A stretch of 26,714 nt of DNA from a virus (lineage: Duplodnaviria; Caudoviricetes), in IMG/VR virus record IMGVR_UViG_3300033489_000051, positions 1 through 26,714 of that record. One strand, 5' to 3'. The notes below the pieces were generated by a model. The model searched no databases and had not been told where the DNA came from. It saw only the letters and a program-made list of their open reading frames with translations. Shown piece after piece: positions 16,410 to 24,971 of this stretch (its first letter is position 1; the number at the start of each line of letters is the position of its first letter). The translations under genes and the position numbers were made by a program.

Positions 16410-17465
16410 ATGAGCCTTCAAAGTAAAATTGCTTCATCACCGCTTCCTGCCATCATATTAGATGGATCGCCTGTAACTGCCGCTGTTAGTGGTGCCGCAA
16501 GTGCTATTAAGGTCCTTTTAGTGGATGCTAGTGGTGGCGTTCTTTTGGCAACTGGTACTGATGTACCCATTGATACTTCTAGTGGGTATGCTAAAGGGTG
16601 TTTATTCATAGACACTGATGCTGCTACCGGCACTACTGGACTTTATGAGAACATCGGTACTAATACCAGTTCATCTTTCAATGCTATAGGAGCTGTTACC
16701 GCAGGAGAAATTGCTTTAGCTGAGGGTAATGTTTTACTTGGTAACGCTGAGGGTGTTGCTACAGCTTTAAATGCTAAGGGTGATACTAAAATTCTTGTAG
16801 GTAATGGAACTACTATTACCAGTGTGGCACTAAGTCAGGATCTTACCATTACTAATGCTGGTGTGGTTACAATTGCTAAGATTAATAATTTGGCAACTGC
16901 GGCAGAAATTAACAGTGTATGTGATGGTAACACAGCTACAGCGGCTGAGATTGTTCAATCATCTGATATATCAATTCAGAATAGTAAGATGGTTCCAGCT
17001 GCTCCCATTACCAGTGCTGCCGCAGCAGTTAAACAGTCAGTCATTAAGCATGGAGATATTATTGAAACTATTATCTTTATTGATCTGACAGACCTTAAAT
17101 CTATAGCTACCTTAGGTGATATTATAGGTGATACGGGCGTTAGTTATATAGGTCAAATAACTGCTGCGATTAACGGTACTATTTTTGCCGGAGAAATTGG
17201 CTGTTCGGAGGTCCCTGTAACTGGGGATGATGATATAGATTTATACTCCGCAACTGAGAATACCGGTGCTTATGATGGTGATATAGCAAGTCTCGTAGAG
17301 ACAGCTCTTGTAGATGCTGGTGGAGCACATGCTATAGGAACTATTAAACCATTTACAGCCTTACCAATTGCAGATGAATATTTATATCTAACCTCTGGTA
17401 ACGGTGATACTGCTGGGACATATACAGCAGGGCAGATTTACATTAAATTGTTAGGATACGTTTAA
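16410..17465 (+). CDS. Putative capsid fibre / decoration protein
   Basis: 351 aa, A/G/T-rich; GYAKGCLFIDTD..LYENIGT module, fibre-like repeats, C-terminal TAGTYTAGQIYIKLLGY; GGGAGG SD. Confidence 0.6.
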   Translation: MSLQSKIASSPLPAIILDGSPVTAAVSGAASAIKVLLVDASGGVLLATGTDVPIDTSSGYAKGCLFIDTDAATGTTGLYENIGTNTSSSFNAIGAVTAGEIALAEGNVLLGNAEGVATALNAKGDTKILVGNGTTITSVALSQDLTITNAGVVTIAKINNLATAAEINSVCDGNTATAAEIVQSSDISIQNSKMVPAAPITSAAAAVKQSVIKHGDIIETIIFIDLTDLKSIATLGDIIGDTGVSYIGQITAAINGTIFAGEIGCSEVPVTGDDDIDLYSATENTGAYDGDIASLVETALVDAGGAHAIGTIKPFTALPIADEYLYLTSGNGDTAGTYTAGQIYIKLLGYV

Positions 17466-17505
17466 AACGTACTAAATTTTTCATTAAACTTTAAGAGGTA
17501 ATATT

Positions 17506-18810
17506 ATGGCATTTCTTGGAATGAGAGGCAATGGCGACTGGGTAACTGATCAGCGTCCGAAAAACTGGCGTGAAGCAATTTTGTTTAGGTATCCTAATGG
17601 GTCTGCCCCTCTTACTGCAATCTTGAGTAAGATGACCAGTGAAAAAACTGATGACCCTGAATTTAACTGGTGGACTAAAAGTCTGCCGACACAGTCTGCC
17701 ACGATTACAGGCGTTTATACTGACATCGCCTTGTCTGTAGCTTATGTATCTGGCGGTATTTCAGGTGATACTTTGTATCTGAAAATGAGTGCAGTCGATG
17801 TAAGTCAGATTCGTACTGGACATCAAATTCTTATGCGTGATGCAAGTGACCTGACTGTCGATGTTGTTGGTAAGTGTACGGCCCGAGTTGTTAACGGCTC
17901 ATCTTCTTATATAGCAGTATACTTGCTTGAAGCTGATGATAATTCAACTGCTGGCGATCTGAGTGATTGTGACACCGTTCTTATTATCGGCAACATGAAT
18001 GCTGAAGGCGCCGCTATGCCTGATGCTATTTCCTACGACCCTATTAAGTGGCACAACTATACACAGATTTTCCGGACCCCGTTGGAGATGACTCGTACTG
18101 CTATGCAAACCCGGCTCCGAACTAGTGAGCAGTACAAAGAAGCCAAGCGTGAATGTCTCGAACTGCACTCTATCGAGATGGAAAAGGCCTTTTTGTTTGG
18201 TGTACCGTTTGAGGGTACCGGTTCCAATGGTAAGCCCGAACGTTCTACCTTGGGCCTAATCCCTGCAATTAGGGGCGGGTATAATGGTGTAGCAGCGGGT
18301 GCCGGAACTGTTAGTAATTATGTAACCGATGCTGCGTCAGCTGGTAAGAGTTGGTTGGCTGGCGGTGAAGAGTGGTTAGATACCCAGCTGGAATTGATGT
18401 TCCGTAAAGGTGCTACCGAGAAACTGGCTTTTGCTGGTTCTGGTGCTCTCATGGCCGTCAACAAACTGATTAAGAATGGTGGAACGTTTGACTATTCTGC
18501 TCAGACTACAGACTATGGTATTAAAGTCACTCGATGGGTAACTGCATTTGGTGTCATTAATATCATGACTCATCCATTGTTTTCTTACGAAACCACCAAT
18601 CGTCATGCGATGGTTATCTTTGAGCCTAAGGATATTAAGACTCGAACGATTCAAGATACCATGTACAAAGAGGATAAGCAGTTGAAGACTGGTGGCTGGA
18701 CTTCTCGTGATGGTATTAAAGAGGAGTACTTGTCTGAACTCGGTCTTGAGTATCATCACCCCGATGGTTGGGGCTTTCTGTACGGATTCGGCAGCGCCAA
18801 TGCTGTTTAA
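17506..18810 (+). CDS. Major capsid protein (SU10 / DUF5309-type, HK97 fold)
   Basis: APLTAILS, PEFNWW, NYTQIFRTPLEMTRT, EMEKAFLFG, KEEYLSELGLE motifs; followed by a terminator. Confidence 0.88.
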   Translation: MAFLGMRGNGDWVTDQRPKNWREAILFRYPNGSAPLTAILSKMTSEKTDDPEFNWWTKSLPTQSATITGVYTDIALSVAYVSGGISGDTLYLKMSAVDVSQIRTGHQILMRDASDLTVDVVGKCTARVVNGSSSYIAVYLLEADDNSTAGDLSDCDTVLIIGNMNAEGAAMPDAISYDPIKWHNYTQIFRTPLEMTRTAMQTRLRTSEQYKEAKRECLELHSIEMEKAFLFGVPFEGTGSNGKPERSTLGLIPAIRGGYNGVAAGAGTVSNYVTDAASAGKSWLAGGEEWLDTQLELMFRKGATEKLAFAGSGALMAVNKLIKNGGTFDYSAQTTDYGIKVTRWVTAFGVINIMTHPLFSYETTNRHAMVIFEPKDIKTRTIQDTMYKEDKQLKTGGWTSRDGIKEEYLSELGLEYHHPDGWGFLYGFGSANAV

Positions 18811-18831
18811 TTTGTAGGCAGTTAATCTTGT

Positions 18832-18868
18832 GCGGTGGGGGGATTAGGAGTCCCCTCATCGCTTTGTT
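18832..18868 (+). terminator. Intrinsic terminator after MCP
   Basis: GCGGTGGGGGGATT-AGG-AGTCCCCTCATCGC 14-bp stem (three G·U) followed by TTTGTT. Confidence 0.8.
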
Positions 18869-18886
18869 GAATTATTCATCAAAGGA
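18860..18886. promoter_or_regulatory. 27-bp imperfect palindrome, copy 5
   Basis: CGCTTTGTTGAAT-T-ATTCATCAAAGGA. Confidence 0.8.
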
Positions 18887-18892
18887 ATTATA

Positions 18893-19135
18893 ATGGAATC
18901 TAATAAAAAGTTAACTATCGGCGAAGTCGAAGAATTACGAGATGTTATGAATGTAGCTATAGCTGACGCTATTAAAACATTCGAGGATGCTACAGGAATT
19001 CGAACTGCTTACATTGAAGTTCAAAGATCAAAAGATAAGGAGCGAGAGGAAGGTAAGTTATCATGCCCTTGTGATTATGACGAAGATCGTGGTGAGGTTA
19101 CCTCTGTTACAGTGAACCTGAATATGGAGCTATAA
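18893..19135 (+). CDS. Hypothetical protein (80 aa)
   Basis: ORF track; AAAGGA SD; helix + FEDATG + two strands. Confidence 0.7.
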   Translation: MESNKKLTIGEVEELRDVMNVAIADAIKTFEDATGIRTAYIEVQRSKDKEREEGKLSCPCDYDEDRGEVTSVTVNLNMEL

Positions 19136-19136
19136 A

Positions 19137-19895
19137 ATGAATCTGCTTGCTCTTAGAACGTTGATCAGAAAAGAGACTGGACGATATGATCTAGTTACTG
19201 CCGCCTTTGCAGATAATGGTATTGACTTTCATATTAATGCGGGTCAACGTTATCTAGATAGGCTTATGGATAACTCGAATAGTATTGGCCGTAGGATTAT
19301 TGATGTAACAGCTGGGAATTTTCTAGTTACATTTGAGGATGTCAGATCAATTCTTGAAGTATGGTGCTCAGGACAAAATGCTTCAGGCGATTATAAAAGA
19401 CTTCCCATTGAAAAAGTAGAACTTACTGCAAACGGGCTTCTTGGAATAGATAAAAGAACACTGGTCGAAAACTATACTTCGATAATTGGAGATATAGAAT
19501 CCGGATGGCCTCTATACTATTCACCTGCTGATTTAAGACTTCAAACTGACCGTAATGGCTCTACTGGTGGTATAGGCGGATTTATGGACGTGCTATCGGA
19601 CGGGTTTCAAACTTATAACGGCATCGTATTAAGACCTCCAGTTGATAAGTCTTATTCTATTGAGATAGTAGGTAATTTTTATAGCATGACTTTAACTGAT
19701 GATGATGATAGTACCTTCTGGTCAGATCGTCATCCAGATATATTATTAATGGCTGTTAATAGACAGCTTGAAATCATGCAAAGAAATCGAGCTGGAGTTG
19801 AAGACTGGACTGCGGCCATTAAAGATGCAGTAAGTGGTATAGATATGGATGCAGCTAAACAAGAATCTGCTGATATTTCGGAGATGAATGGATGA
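19137..19895 (+). CDS. Head-tail adaptor (podoviral gatekeeper-type)
   Basis: LLALRTLIR...INAGQRYL N-terminus; GWPLYYS; LRPPVDKSYSIEI; HPDILLMA. Confidence 0.75.
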   Translation: MNLLALRTLIRKETGRYDLVTAAFADNGIDFHINAGQRYLDRLMDNSNSIGRRIIDVTAGNFLVTFEDVRSILEVWCSGQNASGDYKRLPIEKVELTANGLLGIDKRTLVENYTSIIGDIESGWPLYYSPADLRLQTDRNGSTGGIGGFMDVLSDGFQTYNGIVLRPPVDKSYSIEIVGNFYSMTLTDDDDSTFWSDRHPDILLMAVNRQLEIMQRNRAGVEDWTAAIKDAVSGIDMDAAKQESADISEMNG

Positions 19896-21274
19896 AAGAG
19901 TTAGGGTTTACACTCAATGACTTCACTAAGGGATTAAGACTTCGTGACAACGGACGAAGAAATGATGATACTTTAACGTCATGCTTTAATCTTGTTCCTA
20001 GGCCCGAAGGTCTTGTAAGTCCTACTATTATATCTGAACCTATAACTGCTATAAGTGCAAGTCATCCATTTCCGCAAATTTTTTTTGGAGATTCTTTTTG
20101 GCTGCTGTGTACTGAAGATAAAATTTACACTATTAATTCAGATTGGACAGTTACCCTTGCATTAGATGTGTCAGTTTATTATGGGGTTTTCCCCTCCGCC
20201 CCCAAAGGAACCTGGCACTTCGTGGATCATTTCTCATTTGTGATCCTTACCAATGGCGGGGTAACTGTCCTCTTTAATCCTGATACTGGAATATGGGAGT
20301 TTAATGATGGTTCTACCGTTCCAACTATAGGGAGTGTAGCTAGTTATAATGGGCAGCTTTTAGGACTCGGAGTTACAGCCATTTCAGGAGATCCTAAAAC
20401 AGTTTTTCAGGGTACTGACAATAGGTACTTAATGTGGGGCGGTATAGGTGTTGCAGATTTTACAATAGATAAAAGTAATACTCGTGGTAATCGCCCACTG
20501 GTAGGTGAACAGTATAAAATTATGATTCTTGGTGATCATATAGTTGTTTATGGTGCCAGAAAAGTTTCAATTCTTAAACCGTCTGGTAGTAATTATAGCC
20601 TTGTTAGATCGTATAACTATGGTATTGCTAGTCGTGAGGCTGTAGGTGGAAATGATAAGAATCATGTATTCATAGACACGTTTGGAAATCTTTATAGAAT
20701 TGGTACAGATCTTAAAGTGATTGGACCGAACTATAAAGAATTCTTCAGCCCGATGTTAGGCAATGAAATAGTTGTTCAACACTGCGAGCTTTATAACGAG
20801 TTTTATATTACTGATGGTGTTGTTAGTTACTGTTTAACTGATATAGGTCTTGGAGAGATTAGTAAAGGTTATACAGGCGTCGGGATTCTTGGAGCTATCA
20901 TAGTTGGAATAGCTACAGATTTTAATGACAGTTCTGGTTATATAACATCAGAGATTTTAGATTTCGGTACCAAGGCAAGAAAGACTACTACTGTAGTTGA
21001 AGTAGGATGTGTTAATGCTGATACTGTTTACGTAGCTATTGAGAGCCGACATAATAGTATGGATGTTTTCGAAAGTTCTGATTGGGTAGAACTTAATCCT
21101 GTAGGGGCCGCAGCAATCAAGAATAACGGAATCGAGTTTAAAGTAAAAATTAAGTGTGATACGGCTATAGGATTCAAGCCTGACTATGTAATAATAAGGG
21201 CTGAATTTGATGATAAACGCTTTATAAGAGGTAAAACAAATGCTGGTACGACTTACAGGGGAACAGGCGAGTAG
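19892..21274 (+). CDS. Tail nozzle / stabilization protein (T7 gp12- or P22 gp10-like)
   Basis: FTKGL...CFNLVPRPEGL N-terminus; beta-propeller-like composition; follows adaptor with ATGA overlap. Confidence 0.7.
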   Translation: MKELGFTLNDFTKGLRLRDNGRRNDDTLTSCFNLVPRPEGLVSPTIISEPITAISASHPFPQIFFGDSFWLLCTEDKIYTINSDWTVTLALDVSVYYGVFPSAPKGTWHFVDHFSFVILTNGGVTVLFNPDTGIWEFNDGSTVPTIGSVASYNGQLLGLGVTAISGDPKTVFQGTDNRYLMWGGIGVADFTIDKSNTRGNRPLVGEQYKIMILGDHIVVYGARKVSILKPSGSNYSLVRSYNYGIASREAVGGNDKNHVFIDTFGNLYRIGTDLKVIGPNYKEFFSPMLGNEIVVQHCELYNEFYITDGVVSYCLTDIGLGEISKGYTGVGILGAIIVGIATDFNDSSGYITSEILDFGTKARKTTTVVEVGCVNADTVYVAIESRHNSMDVFESSDWVELNPVGAAAIKNNGIEFKVKIKCDTAIGFKPDYVIIRAEFDDKRFIRGKTNAGTTYRGTGE

Positions 21275-21677
21275 ACATTGGGAGTTTATTAAGCAAGGAT
21301 TAGAAGCTGCTTTACCGCCCGTAGTTGGAATGCAAAGCGATAGGATGAGTAATGTTTTAACATCTATACTTATAGGTAAGATGGTAATATGGGTAAGCGT
21401 ACAAAAAGATAAAGATAATCTTATTGACGGTTTTGCTGCAACAACTTTTACTTTTGATGAACACAGTAAAACTAAAGCATTGTTTATTTATGCTATTTAT
21501 GGCATCAATGCTTCAAGTTATGATTCTTGGATAAGTGCAGTTGAGACTCTTAGAAAATTTGGTATATCTGAAAAATGCCACAGAGTCCTTGCTTACAGTA
21601 ATGTTCCAAGTATTATTAAATTTGTTGAGAGTGTTGGCGGCGAGGCTAAGTATCATTTGTTATCTATACCTTTATAG
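21240..21677 (+). CDS. GNAT-fold-like protein of podoviral tail modules
   Basis: HWEFIKQGLEAAL...LFIYAIYG...LRKFGISEKCHRV pattern; position after nozzle as in P22-like phages. Confidence 0.55.
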   Translation: MLVRLTGEQASRHWEFIKQGLEAALPPVVGMQSDRMSNVLTSILIGKMVIWVSVQKDKDNLIDGFAATTFTFDEHSKTKALFIYAIYGINASSYDSWISAVETLRKFGISEKCHRVLAYSNVPSIIKFVESVGGEAKYHLLSIPL

Positions 21678-21685
21678 GAGAGATT

Positions 21686-22678
21686 ATGAAGATATATAAA
21701 AAAGTAGAAATTGATATCAGTACCGGTAAAATTATTAGTGAGGATTCGTTTGAGTATGAAGGTAAGTTAGCCGAGGCTAAAGGTGGTGGCGGGGCCAGTG
21801 GTACTGTAGACTTTCCAGAGTACATGAAACTTGTTCATCATGACTGGTTGAATAATGAAGGCACTGATGTGATAGGTGCTAGCCACTCAGTTACAGCTAT
21901 TATAGAAGCCGGAATTGCAGCATCACCATTCGCAGGGGAAGTTGCGTATGACCCAGATGCTGATATAGCTCTATTTATTGCTGAACTGGGCAGATTTAGT
22001 ACGGCGGTGGATTCAATAGATGAATTAACTTTCTGGGATCAGTATGCTTTATTAATGAAGGCTACTGTTGATGATAATATCATTGATGAAACTAGTATGC
22101 TTGCTGCAACTACAGCGCATTCTGATATGTTAGATGATAGATTAACAACTGAGGTGTTGCCGAGATTCGAGCAAGGCATGAGAGATATTAATGCTGTTAT
22201 TAGCTCTAGTTTTGTAATAGGTAAGGCGATTCTTGAGGGCTTCAATACTCGTGATGTGGCAGATTTTGATGCTAAGTTAAGACTTCAGGCATACAGTCAG
22301 AGAAATCAGATGATAGCTTCAGGCGTATCTGACATGATGCGGATGTTATCAGCCAGACTTAGTTTTAGAGATTCAATAGCTAAAGCTACTGCTGAGATGT
22401 ATCGTGTTAAAGCAGTGTTAAAGAAAGAAGAACTTACTGAGCAATTAGATATTGATCAACACGACTATAAATGGAGTCTTGATCTATACCAAGCCGGAGG
22501 TAATGTTCTTGCGGCTATTTCTGGGGCTTCTGTATCTACACAACAAGGTCCTACTACTGCACAGTCTGTTATGGGTGGTGCTATAAATGGCGCAGCATTA
22601 GGTAAAAGTATGAGTGATACCCCACGAGGTACTGTTATTGGTGCTATAGGCGGAGCATTAGCGGGGGCTATGCAATGA
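21686..22678 (+). CDS. Internal virion / ejection protein 1
   Basis: EDSFEYEG...AKGGGG leader; helical core; C-terminal glycine-zipper GGAINGAALG...GAIGGALAGA. Confidence 0.65.
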   Translation: MKIYKKVEIDISTGKIISEDSFEYEGKLAEAKGGGGASGTVDFPEYMKLVHHDWLNNEGTDVIGASHSVTAIIEAGIAASPFAGEVAYDPDADIALFIAELGRFSTAVDSIDELTFWDQYALLMKATVDDNIIDETSMLAATTAHSDMLDDRLTTEVLPRFEQGMRDINAVISSSFVIGKAILEGFNTRDVADFDAKLRLQAYSQRNQMIASGVSDMMRMLSARLSFRDSIAKATAEMYRVKAVLKKEELTEQLDIDQHDYKWSLDLYQAGGNVLAAISGASVSTQQGPTTAQSVMGGAINGAALGKSMSDTPRGTVIGAIGGALAGAMQ

Positions 22679-23700
22679 GTTTATATGATTGGCTTACTAA
22701 GCCACTTGATAAAACAAGCGATCAATTAAGTCAGTGGTTAGGGACTCCTCAAGGCGGTGAACGCGATGCTGAAGGAAATCTTACGGCAGAGGGTGAAGAC
22801 TTTTTTGCCCCTGCGTGGGATCGAGAAGCAAATGAGCCACTAGAAGATTTTTATGAGGGTAGGTGGAACGATAAATTTACTAAATTTGGTACTGATAATC
22901 CGATAATAAATCCATCTGGGCAGATTTCAGACCCTGGAAATTTCCTTACTTCAGATGAACTTAGTCAAGATTTACCGTCTGAGAGAAGTGTTATGGCTGC
23001 CATTATAGCAGCTACTCTAGGCTACGGATCTTGGACCAGCGGTGCAGCTGAGGGAGCTGAAGCTGGAACTGCTGGAGCCGAGGTTACTGCGGCAGGTGCT
23101 GAGACTGGTACTGCCAGTAGTGGGGCTGTTGCGGCCGGCACTGAGGGTGGGGCTGTAGCTGGAGGTGAAGCACTTGCCGCTGGATCTTCTACAGGCGCTG
23201 AAATGGCGCCAGCTACGGGTGCTAGTGAAGGGTATAGTGGTAATCTTATAGGTGATTTCTTAAAAGATTATGGTATGGATATAGCAGATCAAGGATCTCA
23301 AGCATATCAAGATGCACAAGAAAAAGCCAGGCAGGATAAGATTCAGGCAAATATTATTGCTAAGGGTAGGATTAGTGGCAATGTTGAACAGTCTAATATA
23401 AACTTAGCTGAGGCCTTAGCTAATTATAAAGGGCCGGAAAGTCAGGCTCAAGATGCAAGTATTCAGTATGGTGAATCTCCAGATCCAATTCCTATACAAC
23501 CTACAGCACCTGGACAACCTGGGCCTGATAGTGTTACAACTACTGATACTCCTGAAGGTAGGACTATAGTTTATAAGAGTCAAGGATTACCAGAACAAAA
23601 ATCAAATCCATATGGGACTAATGATACATTAGAAAGTCTTTCTATGGTTAACGATAATGATAAAGCAAAGAGTTACTACGGTAACATTTTAGGAGGATGA
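22675..23700 (+). CDS. Internal virion / ejection protein 2
   Basis: Acidic, A/G-rich low complexity; hydrophobic segment VMAAIIAATLGYG; ATGA coupling. Confidence 0.55.
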   Translation: MSLYDWLTKPLDKTSDQLSQWLGTPQGGERDAEGNLTAEGEDFFAPAWDREANEPLEDFYEGRWNDKFTKFGTDNPIINPSGQISDPGNFLTSDELSQDLPSERSVMAAIIAATLGYGSWTSGAAEGAEAGTAGAEVTAAGAETGTASSGAVAAGTEGGAVAGGEALAAGSSTGAEMAPATGASEGYSGNLIGDFLKDYGMDIADQGSQAYQDAQEKARQDKIQANIIAKGRISGNVEQSNINLAEALANYKGPESQAQDASIQYGESPDPIPIQPTAPGQPGPDSVTTTDTPEGRTIVYKSQGLPEQKSNPYGTNDTLESLSMVNDNDKAKSYYGNILGG

Positions 23701-24971
23701 TGATGGGAGTATATGATTTTCTAGCCGGCGGTGTTAGTGATCTTGCAACTGGATTTAATAAATCGTTAGACGATCCTGAATTTCTTAAGTACTTAGGAAC
23801 TGTAGGCAGTAATTTAAGTCAGGGTAAAGGTGTAGGTGAAGCTATAGATCCTACAGCTTTCATTGACGCTAAGGCAAAGAGAACTGCTGAAAATAATAGG
23901 CGTAAAGCTATACAGGATGCCTTAGCAGGCGACATGGCAGATGCTAAAGCTACAAGTCCTGAATTGAAAACTGCTCAACCTAAGGTTGTAGCAGGCTATG
24001 GCGCAGAATTAGTACCTAATGTTACAACTATCGGTCAACCAGGGCCAGATGCTACTACACATACTATTAAGCCTGACGGGACTCAGATAATTCAGGCTAA
24101 GATGATTGCCCCTAAAACTTCAGATAGTCCTGCAAGTCAAGCTCTTGCACCTGCTGAGATGACTCCATTATCAGGTGAGCAAGCAGCTAGTGCTTTAGCG
24201 CCACAAGCACCTGCAATTATTAAACCTCAGCCTAAACGCGCACCTGTAGTACCTATGGACGCACCTCCGATTAATCCAGTAGCATTATCATCTGAAGATC
24301 AACAATCAGTGCTTAATGCTGCATTAGCTAGTAGAGCTAATAGAGTCGCTGAGCGTAATACACAGTTTGAGGCTGGTAAGATAGCCACTAAAGTAGAACG
24401 TAATATCGCAGGGAAAGATTATATAATCTCTTATGATGCTCAAGGTAAAGAGATTGGTAGAGAGTTTGCAGGCATTACCCCAGGTGCCGATGGAGGTGGA
24501 GGTGGCGGTGGAGGTAAGCCTATAATAGTTAAAGACCTTAACGGTAATCTTAAAGTATTTGACCCAACTACTACACAACCCGGAGATGTTATTGCTAGTG
24601 AGGCATTGAGTGCAGAAGAGTTAGATAAGAAGTTAAGTAATCAGGAGCTTTTTGGTAGTGCTATTGAAGAAGGTAAACGTGTAGAAAAGGATGGAGCTAG
24701 AGATGCCAGTGTAGACGAGTTGGCAGCTGATGCTGAGATCTTTAATCGTAGGCAAATGGATCCAGATATCAACGGTGACTATCTGTTGATGATTACTCCC
24801 CATGAGGGAACTAATTGGTGGCCAGGAAACTGGGGTGGTTCAGAGGATAAAATAAAGCGTGTCTATATCCAGAGGAATATGAAAACTGGGGAGGCTCGCT
24901 TCTCGTTTAACAAAAAAGATTGGATGAGTAAGGAAGAACTTGCCCCTAAATTATCTCCGAGGAATCGATAA
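23697..24971 (+). CDS. Internal virion / ejection protein 3
   Basis: 424 aa, A/P/Q-rich with poly-Gly linker; coupled overlap with neighbours. Confidence 0.55.
   Translation: MMMGVYDFLAGGVSDLATGFNKSLDDPEFLKYLGTVGSNLSQGKGVGEAIDPTAFIDAKAKRTAENNRRKAIQDALAGDMADAKATSPELKTAQPKVVAGYGAELVPNVTTIGQPGPDATTHTIKPDGTQIIQAKMIAPKTSDSPASQALAPAEMTPLSGEQAASALAPQAPAIIKPQPKRAPVVPMDAPPINPVALSSEDQQSVLNAALASRANRVAERNTQFEAGKIATKVERNIAGKDYIISYDAQGKEIGREFAGITPGADGGGGGGGGKPIIVKDLNGNLKVFDPTTTQPGDVIASEALSAEELDKKLSNQELFGSAIEEGKRVEKDGARDASVDELAADAEIFNRRQMDPDINGDYLLMITPHEGTNWWPGNWGGSEDKIKRVYIQRNMKTGEARFSFNKKDWMSKEELAPKLSPRNR

Noticed and set aside
16380-18830. Programmed readthrough or frameshift extending the capsid or decoration genes
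   Set aside because: 15629 and 16410 ORFs are out of frame and the latter has its own SD; MCP ends in TAA followed by a terminator with no extended frame.
1317-18886. 27-bp repeats as a CRISPR array, Rex operator or dif site
   Set aside because: Copies are kilobases apart with no spacers; the core is an odd-length 19-bp palindrome versus the 18-bp Rex box; no XerC arm lies 6 bp from the XerD-like half.
23040-24520. Ala/Gly-rich and GGT/GGA repeats as DNA repeat elements
   Set aside because: Explained by low-complexity protein linkers with varied codons.
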